Translations under genes and position numbers: made by a program
Source of the DNA: Eledone cirrhosa
Taxonomy: Eukaryota
Reading direction: 5' to 3'
Assembly (NCBI GenBank): GCA_964016885.1
Contig: OZ024743.1
Coordinates: forward strand, 205,840,001-205,904,000
DNA: 64,000 nucleotides
Shown here: piece after piece, positions 40,901 to 53,979 of the stretch
How positions within the stretch are numbered: position 1 is the first letter of the stretch
Layout of the letters: the number at the start of each line of letters is the position of its first letter
The notes under the pieces: generated by a model
The model's database searches: none
Seen by the model: the letters and a program-made list of their open reading frames with translations, nothing else
What the model was told of the DNA's origin: nothing

Positions 40901-43900
40901 ATCTCCGCCTGATTTTTTTAAAAAAATTATCTCCCCTTGGACGGCTGGAAATTATCTCCCCTTGGACGGCTGGAAATTATCTCTCCTTGGACGGCTAGAA
41001 ATTACCTCTCCTTGGACGGCTGAAAATTATCTCCCCTTGGACGGCTGGAAATTATCTCCCCTTGATTTTTTTTACAAATTATCTCCCCCTGATTTTTTTT
41101 TACAAATTATCTCCCCCTGATTTTTTTTACAAATTATATTCCCTTGGCTGGCTGGAAATTATCTCCCCTTGGAGGCTTGAATTTATCTCCCCTTGGACGG
41201 CTAGAAATTACCTCTCCTTGGACGGCTGGAAATTATGTCTCCTTGGACGGCTGGAAATTATCTCCCCTTGGACGGCTGGAAATTATCTCCCCTTGGACGG
41301 CTGGAAATTATCTCCCCTTGATTTTGTATACAAATTATCTCCCCCTGATATTTTTTTACAAATTATCTGCCCCTGATTGTTTTTTACAAATTAGCTCCGC
41401 CTGATTTTTTTTTAAAATTATCTCCCCTTGGACGGCTGGAAATTATCTCCCCTTGGACGGCTGGAAATTATCTCCCCTTGAACGGCTAGAAATTACCTGT
41501 CCTTGGACGGCTGAAAATTATCTCCCCTTGGACGGCTGGAAATTATCTCCCCTTGATTTTTTACAAATTATCTCCCCCTGATTTTTTTTACAAATTATCT
41601 CCCCCTGATTTTTTTTTACAAATTATCTACCCCTGATTTTTTTTACAAATCTCCCAGTGATTTTTTTAAAAAAATTATCTCCCCTTCGCTGGCTGGAAAT
41701 TATCTCCCCTTGGACGCTGGAAATTATAGCTCCTTGGAGGGCTGGAAGTTATCTTTCCTTGGAGGGCTGGAATTTATCTTCCCTTGGACGGCTGGAAATT
41801 ATCTCCCCTTGATTTTTTTTACAAATTATCTCCCCCTGATTTTTTTTTACAAATTATCTCCCCCTGATTTTTTTTTTACAAATTATCTCCGCCTGATTTT
41901 TTTAAAAATTATCTCCCCTTGGACGGCTGGAAATTATCTCCCCTTGGACGGCTGGAAATTATCTCCCCTTGGACGGCTAGAAATTACCTCTCCTTGGACG
42001 GCTTAAAATTATCTCCCCTTGATTTTTTTTTACAAATTATCTACCCCTGATTTTTTTTTACAAATTATCTACGCCTGATTTTTTTTTTCCAAATTATCTC
42101 CCCCTGATTTTTTTTTACAAATTATCTCCCCCTGTTTTTTTTTACAAATTATTTCCCCCTGATTATTTTACAAATTATCTCCGCCTGATTTTTTTTTTAA
42201 ATTATCTCCCCTTGGACGGCTGGAAATTATCTCCCCTTGGACGGCTGGAAATTATCTCCCCTTGGACGGCTAGAAATTACGTCTCCTTGGACGGCTGAAA
42301 ATTATCTCCCCTTGGACGGCTGGAAATTATCTCCCCTTGATTTTTTTTTACAAATTGTCTCCCCCTGATTTTTTTTTACAAATTATCTCCCCCTGTTTTT
42401 TTTTACAAATTATTTCCCCCTGATTATTTTACAAATTATCTCCGCCTGATTTTTTTAATTATCTTCCCTTGGCTGGCGGGAAATTATCTCCCCTTGGACG
42501 CCTGGAAATTATCTCCCCTTGGAAGGATGGAAATTATCTCCCCTTGGACGGCTGGAAATTATCTGCACTTGATTTTGTTTTTACAAATTATCTTCCCCTG
42601 ATTTTTTTTACAAATTATCTCCACCTGATTTTTTAAAAAATTATCTCTCCTTGGACGGCTGGAAATTATCTCCCCTTGGCTGGAAATTATCTCCCCTTGG
42701 ACGGCTAGAAATTATCTCTCATTGGACGGCTGGAAATTATCTCCCCTTGATTTTTTTACAAATTATCTCCCCCAGATTTTTTTTACAAATCTCCCAGTGA
42801 TTTTTTTAAAAAAATTATCTCCCCTTCGCTGGCTGGAAATTATCTCCCCTTGGACGCTGGAAATTATAGCCCCTTGGAGGGCTGGAAGTTATCTTCGCTT
42901 CGAGGGCTGGAAATTATCTTCCCTTGGACGGCTAGAAATTATCTCCCCTTGATTTTTTTTACAAATTATCTCCCCCTGATTTTTTTTTTACAAATTATCT
43001 CCGCCTGATTTTTTTTTTAAATTATCTCCCCTTGGACGGCTGGAAATTATCTCCCCTTGGACGGCTGGAAATTATCTCCCCTTGGACGGCTAGAAATTAC
43101 GTCTCCTTGGACGGCTGAAAATTATCTCCCCTTGGACGGCTGGAAATTATCTCCCCTTGATTTTTTTTTACAAATTGTCTCCCCCTGATTTTTTTTTACA
43201 AATTATCTACCCCTGATTTTTTTTTACAAATTATCTCCCCCTTATTTTTTTTACAAATTATCTCCCCCTGATTTTTTTTTACAAATTATCTCCCCCTGAT
43301 TTTTTTTACAAATCTCCCCCTAATTTAAAAAAAAATTATCTCCCCTTCGCTGGCTGGAAATTATCTCCCTTTGGACGGCTGGAAATTATAGCTGCTTGTA
43401 GGGCTGGAAATTATCTCCCCTTGGACGGCTGGAAATTATCTCCCCTTGATTTTTTTTACTAATTATCTCCCCCTGATTTTTTTTTACAAATATCTCCCCT
43501 TGGCTGCCTGGAAATTATCTCCCCTTGGCAGGCTGGAAATGATCTCCCCTTGGACGGCTGGAAATTATCTCCCCTTGAACGGCTGGAAATTATCTCCCCT
43601 TGGACGGCTGGAAATTATCTCCCCTTGGACGGCTGGAAATTATCTCCCCTTGGACGGCTAGAAATTACCTCTCCTTGGACGGCTGGATATTATCTCCCCT
43701 TGGACGGCTGGAAATTATCTCCCCTTGGACGGCTGGAAATTATTTCCCCTTGATTTTTTTTACAAATCATCTCCCCCTGATTTTTTTTACAAATCTCCCC
43801 CTAATTTAAAAAAAAATTATCTCCCCTTCGCTGGCTGGAAATTATCTCCCTTTGGACGGCTGGAAATTATAGCTGCTTGTAGGGCTGGAAATTATCTCCC

Positions 43901-46900
43901 CTTGGACGGCTGGAAATTATCTCCCCTTGATTTTTTTTTACTATTTATCTCCCCCTGATTTTTTTTTACAAATATCTCCCCTTGGCTGCCTGGAAATTAT
44001 CTCCCCTTGGCAGGCTGGAAATGATCTCCCCTTGGACGGCTGGAAATTATCTCCCCTTGGACGCCTAGAAATTACCTCTCCTTGGTCAGCTGTAAATTAT
44101 CTCCCCTTGGACGGCTGGAAATTATCTCGCCTTGGACGGCTGGAAATTATCTCCCCTTGATTTTGTATACAAATTATCTCCCCCTGATTTTTTTTTACAA
44201 ATTATCTGCCCCTGATTATTTTTTTACAAATTAGCTCCGCCTGATTTTTTTTAAAAATTATCTCCCCTTGGACGGCTGGAAATTATCTCCCCTTGGACGG
44301 CTGGAAATTATCTCCCCTTGAACGGCTAGAAATTACCTCTCCTTGGACGGCTGAAAATTATCTCCCCTTGGACGGCTGGAAATTATCGCCCCCTGATTTT
44401 TTTTAACAAATTATCTCCACCTGATTTTTTTTACAAATCATCTCCGCCTGATTTTTTTAAGAAATTATCTCCCTTGGCTTGCTGGAAATTATCTTCCCTT
44501 GGACGGCTAGAAATTACCTCTCCTTGGACGGCTGGAAATTATGTCTCCTTGGACGGCTGGAAATTATCTCCCCTTGGACGGCTGGAAATTATCTCCCCTT
44601 GGACGGCTGGAAATTATCTCCCCTTGGACGGCTAGATATTACCTCTCCTTGGACGGCTGGAAATTATCTGCCCTTGGACGGCTGGAAATTATCTCCCCTT
44701 GGACGGCTGGAAATTATTTCCCCTTGATTTTTTTTACAGATTATCTCCCCCTGATTTTTTTTTACAAATCTCCCCCTAATTTAAAAAAAAATTATCTCCC
44801 CTTCGCTGGCTGGAAATTATCTTCCTTTGGACGGCTGGAAATTATAGCCGCTTGTAGGTCTGGAAATTATCTCCCCTTGGACGGCTGGAAATTATCTCCC
44901 CTTGATTTTTTTTACTAATTATCTTACCCTGAATTTTTTTTACAAATTATCTCCGCCTGATTTTTTTAAAAAAATTATCTCCCCTTGGCTGGATGGAAAT
45001 TATCTCCCCTTGGACGGCTGGAAATTATCTCCCCTTGATTTCTTCTACAAAGTATCTACCCCTGATTTTTTTTTACAAATTATTTCTCCCTGATTTTTTT
45101 TTACAAATATCTCCCCTTGGCTGGCTGGAAATTACCTCCCCTTGGCTGGCTGGAAATTATCTCCCCCTGATATTTTTTTACAAATTAGCTCCCCCTGATT
45201 TTTTTTTACAAATTATCTCCCCCTGATTTTTTTTTACCAATCTACCCCTGATTTAAAAAAAAAATTATCTCCCCTTCGCTGGCTGGAAATTATCTCCCCT
45301 TGGACGGCTGGAAATTATCTCCCCTTGGAAGGATGGAAATTATCTCCCCTTGGACGGCTGGAAATTATCTCCCCTTGCACGGCTGGAAATTATCTCCCCT
45401 TGGACGGCTAGAAATTACCTCTCCTTGGACGGCTGAAAATTATCTCCCCTTGGACGGCTGGAAATTATCTCCCCCTGATTTTTTTTAAAAATTATCTCCC
45501 CTTGCACGGCTGGAAATTATCTCCCCTTGGACGGCTGGAAATTATCTGCCCTTGATTTTGTTTTTACAAATTATCTCCCCCTGATTTTTTTTACAAATTA
45601 TCTCCACCTGATATTTAAAAAAATTATCTCCCCTTGGACGGCTGGAAATTATCTCCCCTTGGCTGGAAATTATCTCCCCTTCGCTGGCTGGAAATTATCT
45701 CCCCTTGGACGCTGGAAATTATAGCCCCTTGGAGGCTGGAAATTATCTTCCCTTGGACGGCTGGAAATTATCTCCCCTTGATTTTTTTTACAAATTATCT
45801 CCCCCTGATTTTTTTTTACAAATTATCTCCCCCTGATTTTTTTTTTACAAATTATCTCCGCCTGATTTTTTTTTTAAAATTATCTCCCCTTGGACGGCTG
45901 GAAATTATCTCCCCTTGGACGGCTGGAAATTATCTCCCCTTGGACGGCTAGAATTTACCTCTCCTTGGACGGCTGAAAATTATCTCCCCTTGATTTTTTT
46001 TACAAATTATCTCCCCCTGATTTTTTTTTTTACAAATTATCTCCCCCTGATTTTATTTTACATATTATCTACCCCTGATTTTTTTTTACAAATTATCTCC
46101 GCCTGATTTTTTTACAAATTATCTCCCCCTGATTTTTTTACAAATTATCTCCCCCTGATTTATTTTACAAATTATCTCCGCCTGATTTTTTTAAATATTA
46201 TCTTCCCTTGGCTGGCGGGAAATAATCTCCCCTTGGACGGCTGGAAATTATCTCCCCTTGGAAGGATGGAAATTATCTCCCCTTGGACGGCTGGAAATTA
46301 TCTCCCCTTGCACGGCTGGAAATTATCTCCCCTTGGACGGCTAGAAATTATCTCTCTTTGGACGGCTGGAAATTATCTCCCCTTGATTTTTTTTACAAAT
46401 TATCTCCCCCTGATTTTTTTTACAAATCTCCCAGTGATTTTTTAAAAAAAATAATCTCCCTTTCGCTGGCTGGAAATTATCTCCCCTTGGACGCTGGAAA
46501 TTATAGCCCCTTGGAGGGCTGGAAGTTATCTTCCCTCGGACGGCTGGAAATTATCTCCCCTTGATTTTTTTTACATATTATCTCCCCCTGATTTTTTTTT
46601 ACAAATTATCTCCCCGATTTTTTTTTACAAATTATCTCCCCCTGATTTTTTTTTTACAAATTATCTCCGCCTGATTTTTAAAAAAAAATTATCTCCCCTT
46701 GGACGGCTGGAAATTATCTCCCCTTGAACGGCTGGAAATTATCTCCCCTTGGACGGCTGGAAATTATTTCCCCTTGATTTTTTTTACAAATTATCTCCCC
46801 CTGATTTTTTTTACAAATCTCCCCCTAATTTAAAAATAAATTATCTCCCCTTCGCTGGCTGGAAATTATCTCCCTTTGGACGGCTCGAAATTATAGCTGC

Positions 46901-49900
46901 TTGTAGGGCTGGAAATTATCTCCCCTTGGACGGCTGGAAATTATCTCCCCTTGATTTTTTTTACTAATTATCTCCCCCTGATTTTTTTTTACAAATTATC
47001 TCCGCCTGATTTTTTTTTTTAAATTATCTCCCTGGATGGAAATTTTCTCCCCTTGGACGGCTGGAAATTATCTCCCCTTTATGTCTTCTACAAATTATCT
47101 ACCCCTGATTTTTTTTTTACAAATTATCTCTCCCTGATTTTTTTTACAAATATCTCGCCTAGGCTGGCTGGAAATTATCTCCCCTTGGCTGACTGGAAAT
47201 TATCTCCCCTTGGACGGCTGGAAATTATCTCCCCTTGGACGCCTAGAAATTACCTCTCCTTGGACAGCTGTAAATTATCTCCCCTTGGACGGCTGTAAAT
47301 TATCTCCCCTTGGACGGCTGGAAATTATCTCCCCTTGATTTTGTATACAAATTATCTCCCCCTGATTTTTTTTTACAAATTATCTGCCCTTGATTATTTT
47401 TTTACAAATTAGCAACGCCTGATTTTTTTAAAAAATTATCTCCCCTTGGACGGCTGGAAATTATCTCCCCTTGGACGGCTGGAAATTATCTCCCCTTGAA
47501 CGGCTAGAAATTACCTCTCTTTGGACGGCTGAAAATTATCTCCCCTTGGACGGCTGGAAATTATCTCCCCTTGAATTTTTTACAAATTATCTCCCCCTTA
47601 TTTTTTTTTACAAATTATCTCCCCCTGATTTTTTTTTACAAATTATCTACCCCTGATTTTTTTTTACAAATTATCTCCCCCTGTTTTTTTTTACAAATTA
47701 TTTCCCCCTGATTTTTTTAAATATTATCTTCCCTTGGCTGGCGGGAAATTATCTCCCCTTGGACGCCTGGAAATTATCTCCCCTTGGAAGGATGGAAATT
47801 ATCTCCCCTTGGACGGCTGGAAATTATCTCCCCTTGCACTGCTGGAAATTATCTCCCCTTGGACGGCTGGAAATTATCTGCCCTTGATTTTGTTTTTACA
47901 AATTATCTTCCCCTGATTTTTTTTACAAATTATCTCCACCTGATTTTTTAAAAAATTATCTCCCCTTGGACGGCTGGAAATTATCTCCCCTTGGCTGGAA
48001 ATTATCTCCCCTTGGACGGCTAGAAATTATCTCTCTTTGGACGGCTGTAAATTATCTCCCCTTGATTTTTTTTACAAATTATCTCCCCCTGATTTTTTTT
48101 ACAAATCTCCCAGTGATTTTTTAAAAAAATTATCTCCCCTTCGCTGGCTGGAAATTATCTCCCCTTGGACGCTGGAAATTATAGCCCCTTGGAGGGCTGG
48201 AAGTTATCTTCCCTTGGAGGGCTGGAAATTATCTTCCCTTGGACGGCTGGAAATTATCTCCCCTTGATTTTTTTTACAAATTATCTCCCACTGATTTTTT
48301 TTTACAAATTATCTCCCCCTGATTTTTTTTTTACAAATTATCTCCGCCTGATTTTTTTTAAAAATTATCTCCCCTTGGACGGCTGGAAATTATCTCCCCT
48401 TGGACGGCTGGAAATTATATCCCCTTGGACGGCTAGAAATTACCTCTCCTTGGACGGCTGAAAATTATCTCCCCTTGGACGGCTGGAAATTATCTCCCCT
48501 TGATTTTTTTTACAAATTATCTCCCCCTGATTTTTTTTACAAATTATCTCCCCCTGATTTTTTTTTACAAATTATCTCCCCCTGATTTTTTTTTACAAAT
48601 TATCTCCCCCTGATTTTTTTACAAATTATCTCCCCTTGGCTGGCTGGAAATTATCTCCCCTTGGAGGCTGGAATTTATCTCCCCTTGGAGGGCTGGAAAT
48701 TATCTCCCCTTGGACGGCTAGAAATTACCTCTCCTTGGACGGCTGGAAATTATCTCCCCTTGAACGGCTGGAAATTATTTCCCCTTGGACGGCTGGAAAT
48801 TATCTCCCCTTGAACGGCTGGAAATTATCTCCCCTTGGACGGCTAGAAATTACCTCTCCTTGGACGGCTGGAAATTATCTCCCCTTGGACGGCTGGAAAT
48901 TATCTCCCCTTGGACGGCTGGAAATTATTTCCCCTTGATTTTTTTTACAAATTATCTCTCCCTGATTTTTTTTACAAATATCCCCCTAATTTAAAAAAAA
49001 ATTATCTCCCCTTCGCTGGCTGGAAATTATCTCCCTTTGGACGGCTGGAAATTATAGCTGCTTGTCGGGCTAGAAATTATCTCCCCTTGGACGGCTGGAA
49101 ATTATCTCCCCTTGATTTTTTTTACTAATTATCTACCCCTGATTTTTTTTTACAAATTATCTCCGCCTGATTTTTTTTTTTAAATTATCTCCCCTTGGCT
49201 GGATGGAAATTTTCTCCCCTTGGACGGCTGGAAATTATCTCCCCTTGATGTCTTCTACAAATTATCTACCCCTGATTTTTTTTTTACAAATCATCTCTCC
49301 CTGATTTTTTTTACAAATATCTCCCCTTGGCTGGCTGGAAATTATCTCCCCTTGGCTGGCTGGAAATTATCTCCCCTTGGACGGCTGGAAATTATCTCCC
49401 CTTGGACGCCTAGAAATTACCTCTCCTTGGACAGCTGTAAATTATCTCCCCTTGGACGGCTATAAATTATCTCTCCTTCGACGGCTGGAAATTATCTCCC
49501 CTTGATTTTTTTACAAATTATCTCCCCCTGATTTTTTTTTACCAATCTACCCCTGATTTAAAAAAAAAATTATCTCCTCTTCGCTAGCTGGAAATTATCT
49601 CCCCTTGGACGGCTGGAAATTATCTCCCCTTGATTTATTTTACAAATTATCTACCCTGATTTTTTTACAAATTATCTCCCCCTGATTTTTTTTTACAAAT
49701 TATCTCCCCCTGATTTTTTTTTTACAAATTATCTCCGCCTGATTTTTTTAAAATTATCTCCCCTTGGCTGGATGGAAATTATCTCCCCTTGGACGGCTGG
49801 AAATTATCTCCCCTTGCATGGCTGGAAATTATCTTCCCTTGGACGGCTAGAAATTACCTCTCCTTGGACGGCTGAAAATTATCTCCCCTTGGACGGCTGG

Positions 49901-52027
49901 AAATTATCTCCCCCTGATTTTTTTACAAATTATCTCCCCTTGCACGGCTGGAAATTATCTCCCCTTGGACGGCTGGAAATTATCTGCCCTTGATATTGTT
50001 TTTACAAATTATCTCCCCCTGATTTTTTTTACAAATTATCTCCACCTGATATTTTAAAAAATTATCTCCCTTGGACGGGTGGAAATTATCTCCCCTTGGA
50101 CGGCTTGAAATTATCTCCCCTTGGACGGCTAGAAATTACCTCTCCTTGGACGGCTGAAAATTATCTCCCCTTGATTTTTTTTACAAATTATCTCCCCCTG
50201 ATTTTTTTTTTTACAAATTATCTCCCCCTGATTTTATTTTACATATTATCTACCCCTGATTTTTTTTTACAAATTATCTCCACCTGATCTTTTTTACAAA
50301 TTATCTCCCCCTGATTTTTTTTTTACAAATTATCTCCCCCTGATTTTTTTACAAATTATCTCCCCCTAATTTATTTTACAAATTATCTCCGCCTGATTTT
50401 TTTAAATATTAACTTCCCTTGGCTGGCGGGAAATAATCTCCCCTTGGAAGGATGGAAATTATCTCCCCTTGGACGGCTGGAAATTATCTCCCCTTGCACG
50501 GCTGGAAATTATCTCCCCTTGGACGGCTGGAAATTATCTCCCCTTGGCTGGAAATTATCTCCCCTTGGACGGCTAGAAATTATCTCTCTTTGGACGGCTG
50601 GAAATTATCTCCCCTTGATTTTTTTTACAAATTATCTCCCCCTGATTTTTTTTACAAATCTCCCAGTGATTTTTAAAAAAAAATTATCTCCCTTTCGCTG
50701 GCTGGAAATTATCTCCCCTTGGACGCTGGAAATTATAGCCCCTTGGAGGGCTGGAAATTATCTTCCCTTGGACGGCTGGAAATTATCTCCCCTTGATTTT
50801 TTTTACATATTATCTCCCCCTGATTTTTTTTTACAAAGTATCCCCCCGATTTTTTTTTACAAATTATCTCCCCCTGATTTTTTTTTTACAAATTATCTCC
50901 GCCTGATTTTTTTTTAAAATTATCTCCCCTTGGACGGCTGGAAATTATCTCCCCTTGGACGGCTGGAAATGATCTCCCCTTGGACGGCTAGAAATTACCT
51001 CTCCTTGGACGGCTGAAAATTATCTCCCCTTGGACGGCTGGAAATTATCTCCCCTTGATTTTTTTTACAAATTATCTCCCCCTGATTTTTTTTTACAAAT
51101 TATCTCCCCCTGATTTTTTTTTTATAAATTATCTCCCCCTGATTTTTTTTACAAATTATCTCCCCCTGATTTTTTTACAAATTATCTCCCCTTGGCTGGC
51201 TGGAAATTATCTCCCCTTGGAGGCTGGAATTTATCTCCCCTTGGACGGCTGGAAATTATCTCCCCTTGGACGGCTAGAAATTACCTCTCCTTGGACGGCT
51301 GGAAATTATCTCCCCTTGAACGGCTGGAAATTATCTCCCCTTGGACGGCTGGAAATTATCTCCCCTTGGACGGCTGGAAATTATCTCCCCTTGGACGGCT
51401 AGAAATTACCTCTCCTTGGACGGCTGGAAATTATCTCCCCTTGGACAGCTGGAAATTATCTCCCCTTGGACGGCTGGTAATTATTTCCCCTTGATTTTTT
51501 TTTTCAAATTTTCTCCCCCTGATTTTTTTTACAAATCTCCCCCTAATTTAAAAAAAAATTATCTCCCCTTCGCTGGCTGGAAATTATCTCCCTTTGGACG
51601 GCTGGAAATTATAGCTGCTTGTAGGGCTAGAAATTATCTCCCCTTGGACGGCTGGAAATTATCTCCCCTTGATTTTTTTTACTAATTATCTCCCCCTGAT
51701 TTTTTTTTACAAATATCTCCCCTTGGCTGCCTGGAAATTATCTCCCCTTGGCAGGCTGGAAATGATCTCCCCTTGGACGGCTGGAAATTATCTCCTCTTG
51801 GACGCCTAGAAATTACCTCTCCTTGGACAGCTGTAAATTATCTCCCCTTGGACGGCTGGAAATTATCTCGCCTTGGACGGCTGGAAATTATCTCCCCTTG
51901 ATTTTGTATACAAATTATCTCCCCCTGATTTTTTTTTACAAATTATCTGCCCCTGATTATTTTTTTACAAATTAGCTCCGCCTGATTTTTTTTTAAAATT
52001 ATCTCCCCTTGGACGGCTGGAAATTAT
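19935..52027 (+). repeat. Tandem duplication with a ~16-kb unit (about 19935-36257 and 36330-52027)
   Basis: Collinear ORF pairs have stepwise offsets of 16394 (21136/37530 to 23561/39955), 16371 (24773/41144), 15896 (27550/43446 to 29631/45527), 15924 (29991/45915), 15844 (31890/47734) and 15770 (34326/50096, 35571/51341). Confidence 0.93.
25710..27370 (+). repeat. 820-bp tandem duplication, apparently identical copies
   Basis: Identical ORFs at 26061 and 26881. Variants TTTTTAATTATCTTCCC, CCCCAGATTT, CTTCGAGGG and ATTACGTCTCC each occur twice, 820 bp apart. Confidence 0.9.
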
Positions 52028-53979
52028 CTCCCCTTGGACGGCTGGAAATTATCTCCCCTTGAACGGCTAGAAATTATCTCTCCTTGGACGGCTGAAAATT
52101 ATCTCCCCTTGGACGGCTGGAAATTATCGCCCCCTGATTTTTTTTAACAAATTATCTCCACCTGATTTTTTTTACAAATCATCTCCGCCTGATTTTTTTA
52201 AAAATTATCTCCCTTTCGCTGGCTGGAAATTATCTCCCCTTGGACGCTGGAAATTATAGCCCCTTGGACGGCTGGAAATTATCTCCCCTTGATTTTTTTT
52301 ACATATTATCTCCCCCTGATTTTTTTTTACGAATTATCTCCCCGATTTTTTTTTACAAATTATCTCCCCCTGATTTTTTTTTACAAATTATCTCCGCCTG
52401 ATTTTTTTAAAAAAATTATCTCCCCTTGGACGGCTGGAAATTATCTCCCCTTGAACGGCTGGAAATTATCTCCCCTTGGACGGCTGGAAATTATCTCCCC
52501 TTGGACGGCTGGAAATTATCTCCCCTTGGACGGCTAGAAATTACCTATCCTTGGACGGCTGGAAATTATCTCCCCTTGGACGGCTGGAAATTATCTCCCC
52601 TTGGACGGCTGGAAATTATTTCCCCTTGATTTTTTTTACAAATTATCTCCCCCTGATTTTTTTTACAAATCTCCCCCTAATTTTAAAAAAAATTATCTCC
52701 CCTTCGCTGGCTGGAAATTATCTCCCTTTGGACGGCTGGAAATTATAGCTGCTTGTAGGGCTGGAAATTATCTCCCCTTGGACGGCTGGAAATTATCTCC
52801 CCTTTATGTCTTCTACAAATTATCTACCCCTGATTTTTTTTTTACAAATTATCTCCGCCTGATTTTTTTTTACAAATTATCTGCGCCTGATTTTTTTTTA
52901 CAAATTAGCTCCGCCTGATTTATTAAAAAATTATCTCCCCTTGGACGGCTGGAAATTATCTCCCCTTGGACGGCTGGAAATTATCTCCCCTTGGACGGCT
53001 AGAAATTATCTCTCTTTGGACGACTGGAAATTATCTCCCCTTGGACGGCTGCAAATTATCTCCCCTTGATTTTTTTTACAAATTATCTCCCCCTGATTTT
53101 TTTTACAAATTATCTCCCCCTGATTTTTTTTTACAAATTATCTACCCCTGATTTTTTTACAAATTATCTCCCCCTGATTTTTTTTTACAAATTATCTCCC
53201 CCTGATTTTTTTTACAAATTATCTCCCCCTGATTTTTTTTTACAAATTATCTCCCCCTGATTTTTTTACAAATTATCTCCCCCTGATTTTTTTAAAAATT
53301 ATCTTCCCTGGGCTGGCGGGAAATTATCTCCCCTTGGACGGCTGGAAATTATCTTCCCTTGCACGGCTGGAAATTATCTCCCCTTGGACAGCTGGAAATT
53401 ATCTGCCCTTGATTTTGTTTTTACAAATTATCTCCCCCTGATTTTTTTTACAAATTATCTCCACCTGATTTTTTAAAAAATTATCTCCCCTTGGACGGCT
53501 GGAAATTATCTCCCCTTGGCTGGAAATTATCTCCCCTTGGACGGCTAGAAATTATCTCTCTTTGGACGGCTGGAAATAATCTCCCTTTGATTTTTTTACA
53601 ATTTATCTCCCTCTGATTTTTTTTACAAATCTCCCCCTGATTTTTTTAAAAAAATTATCTCCCCTTCGCTGGCTGGAAATTATCTCCCCTTGGACACTTG
53701 AAATTATATCCCCTTGGAGGGCTGGAAATTATCTTCCCTTGGACGGCTGGAAATTATCTCCCCTTGATTTTTTTTACAAATTATCTCCCCCTGATTTTTT
53801 TTACAAATTATCTGCCCCTGATTTTTTTTTACAAATTATCTCCGCCTGATTTTTTTTAAAATTATCTCTCCTTGGACGGCTGGAAATTATCTCCCCTTGA
53901 TTTTTTTTACAAATTATCTCCCCCTGATTTTTTTTTACAAATTATCTACCCCTGATTTTTTTTTACAAATTATCTCCCC

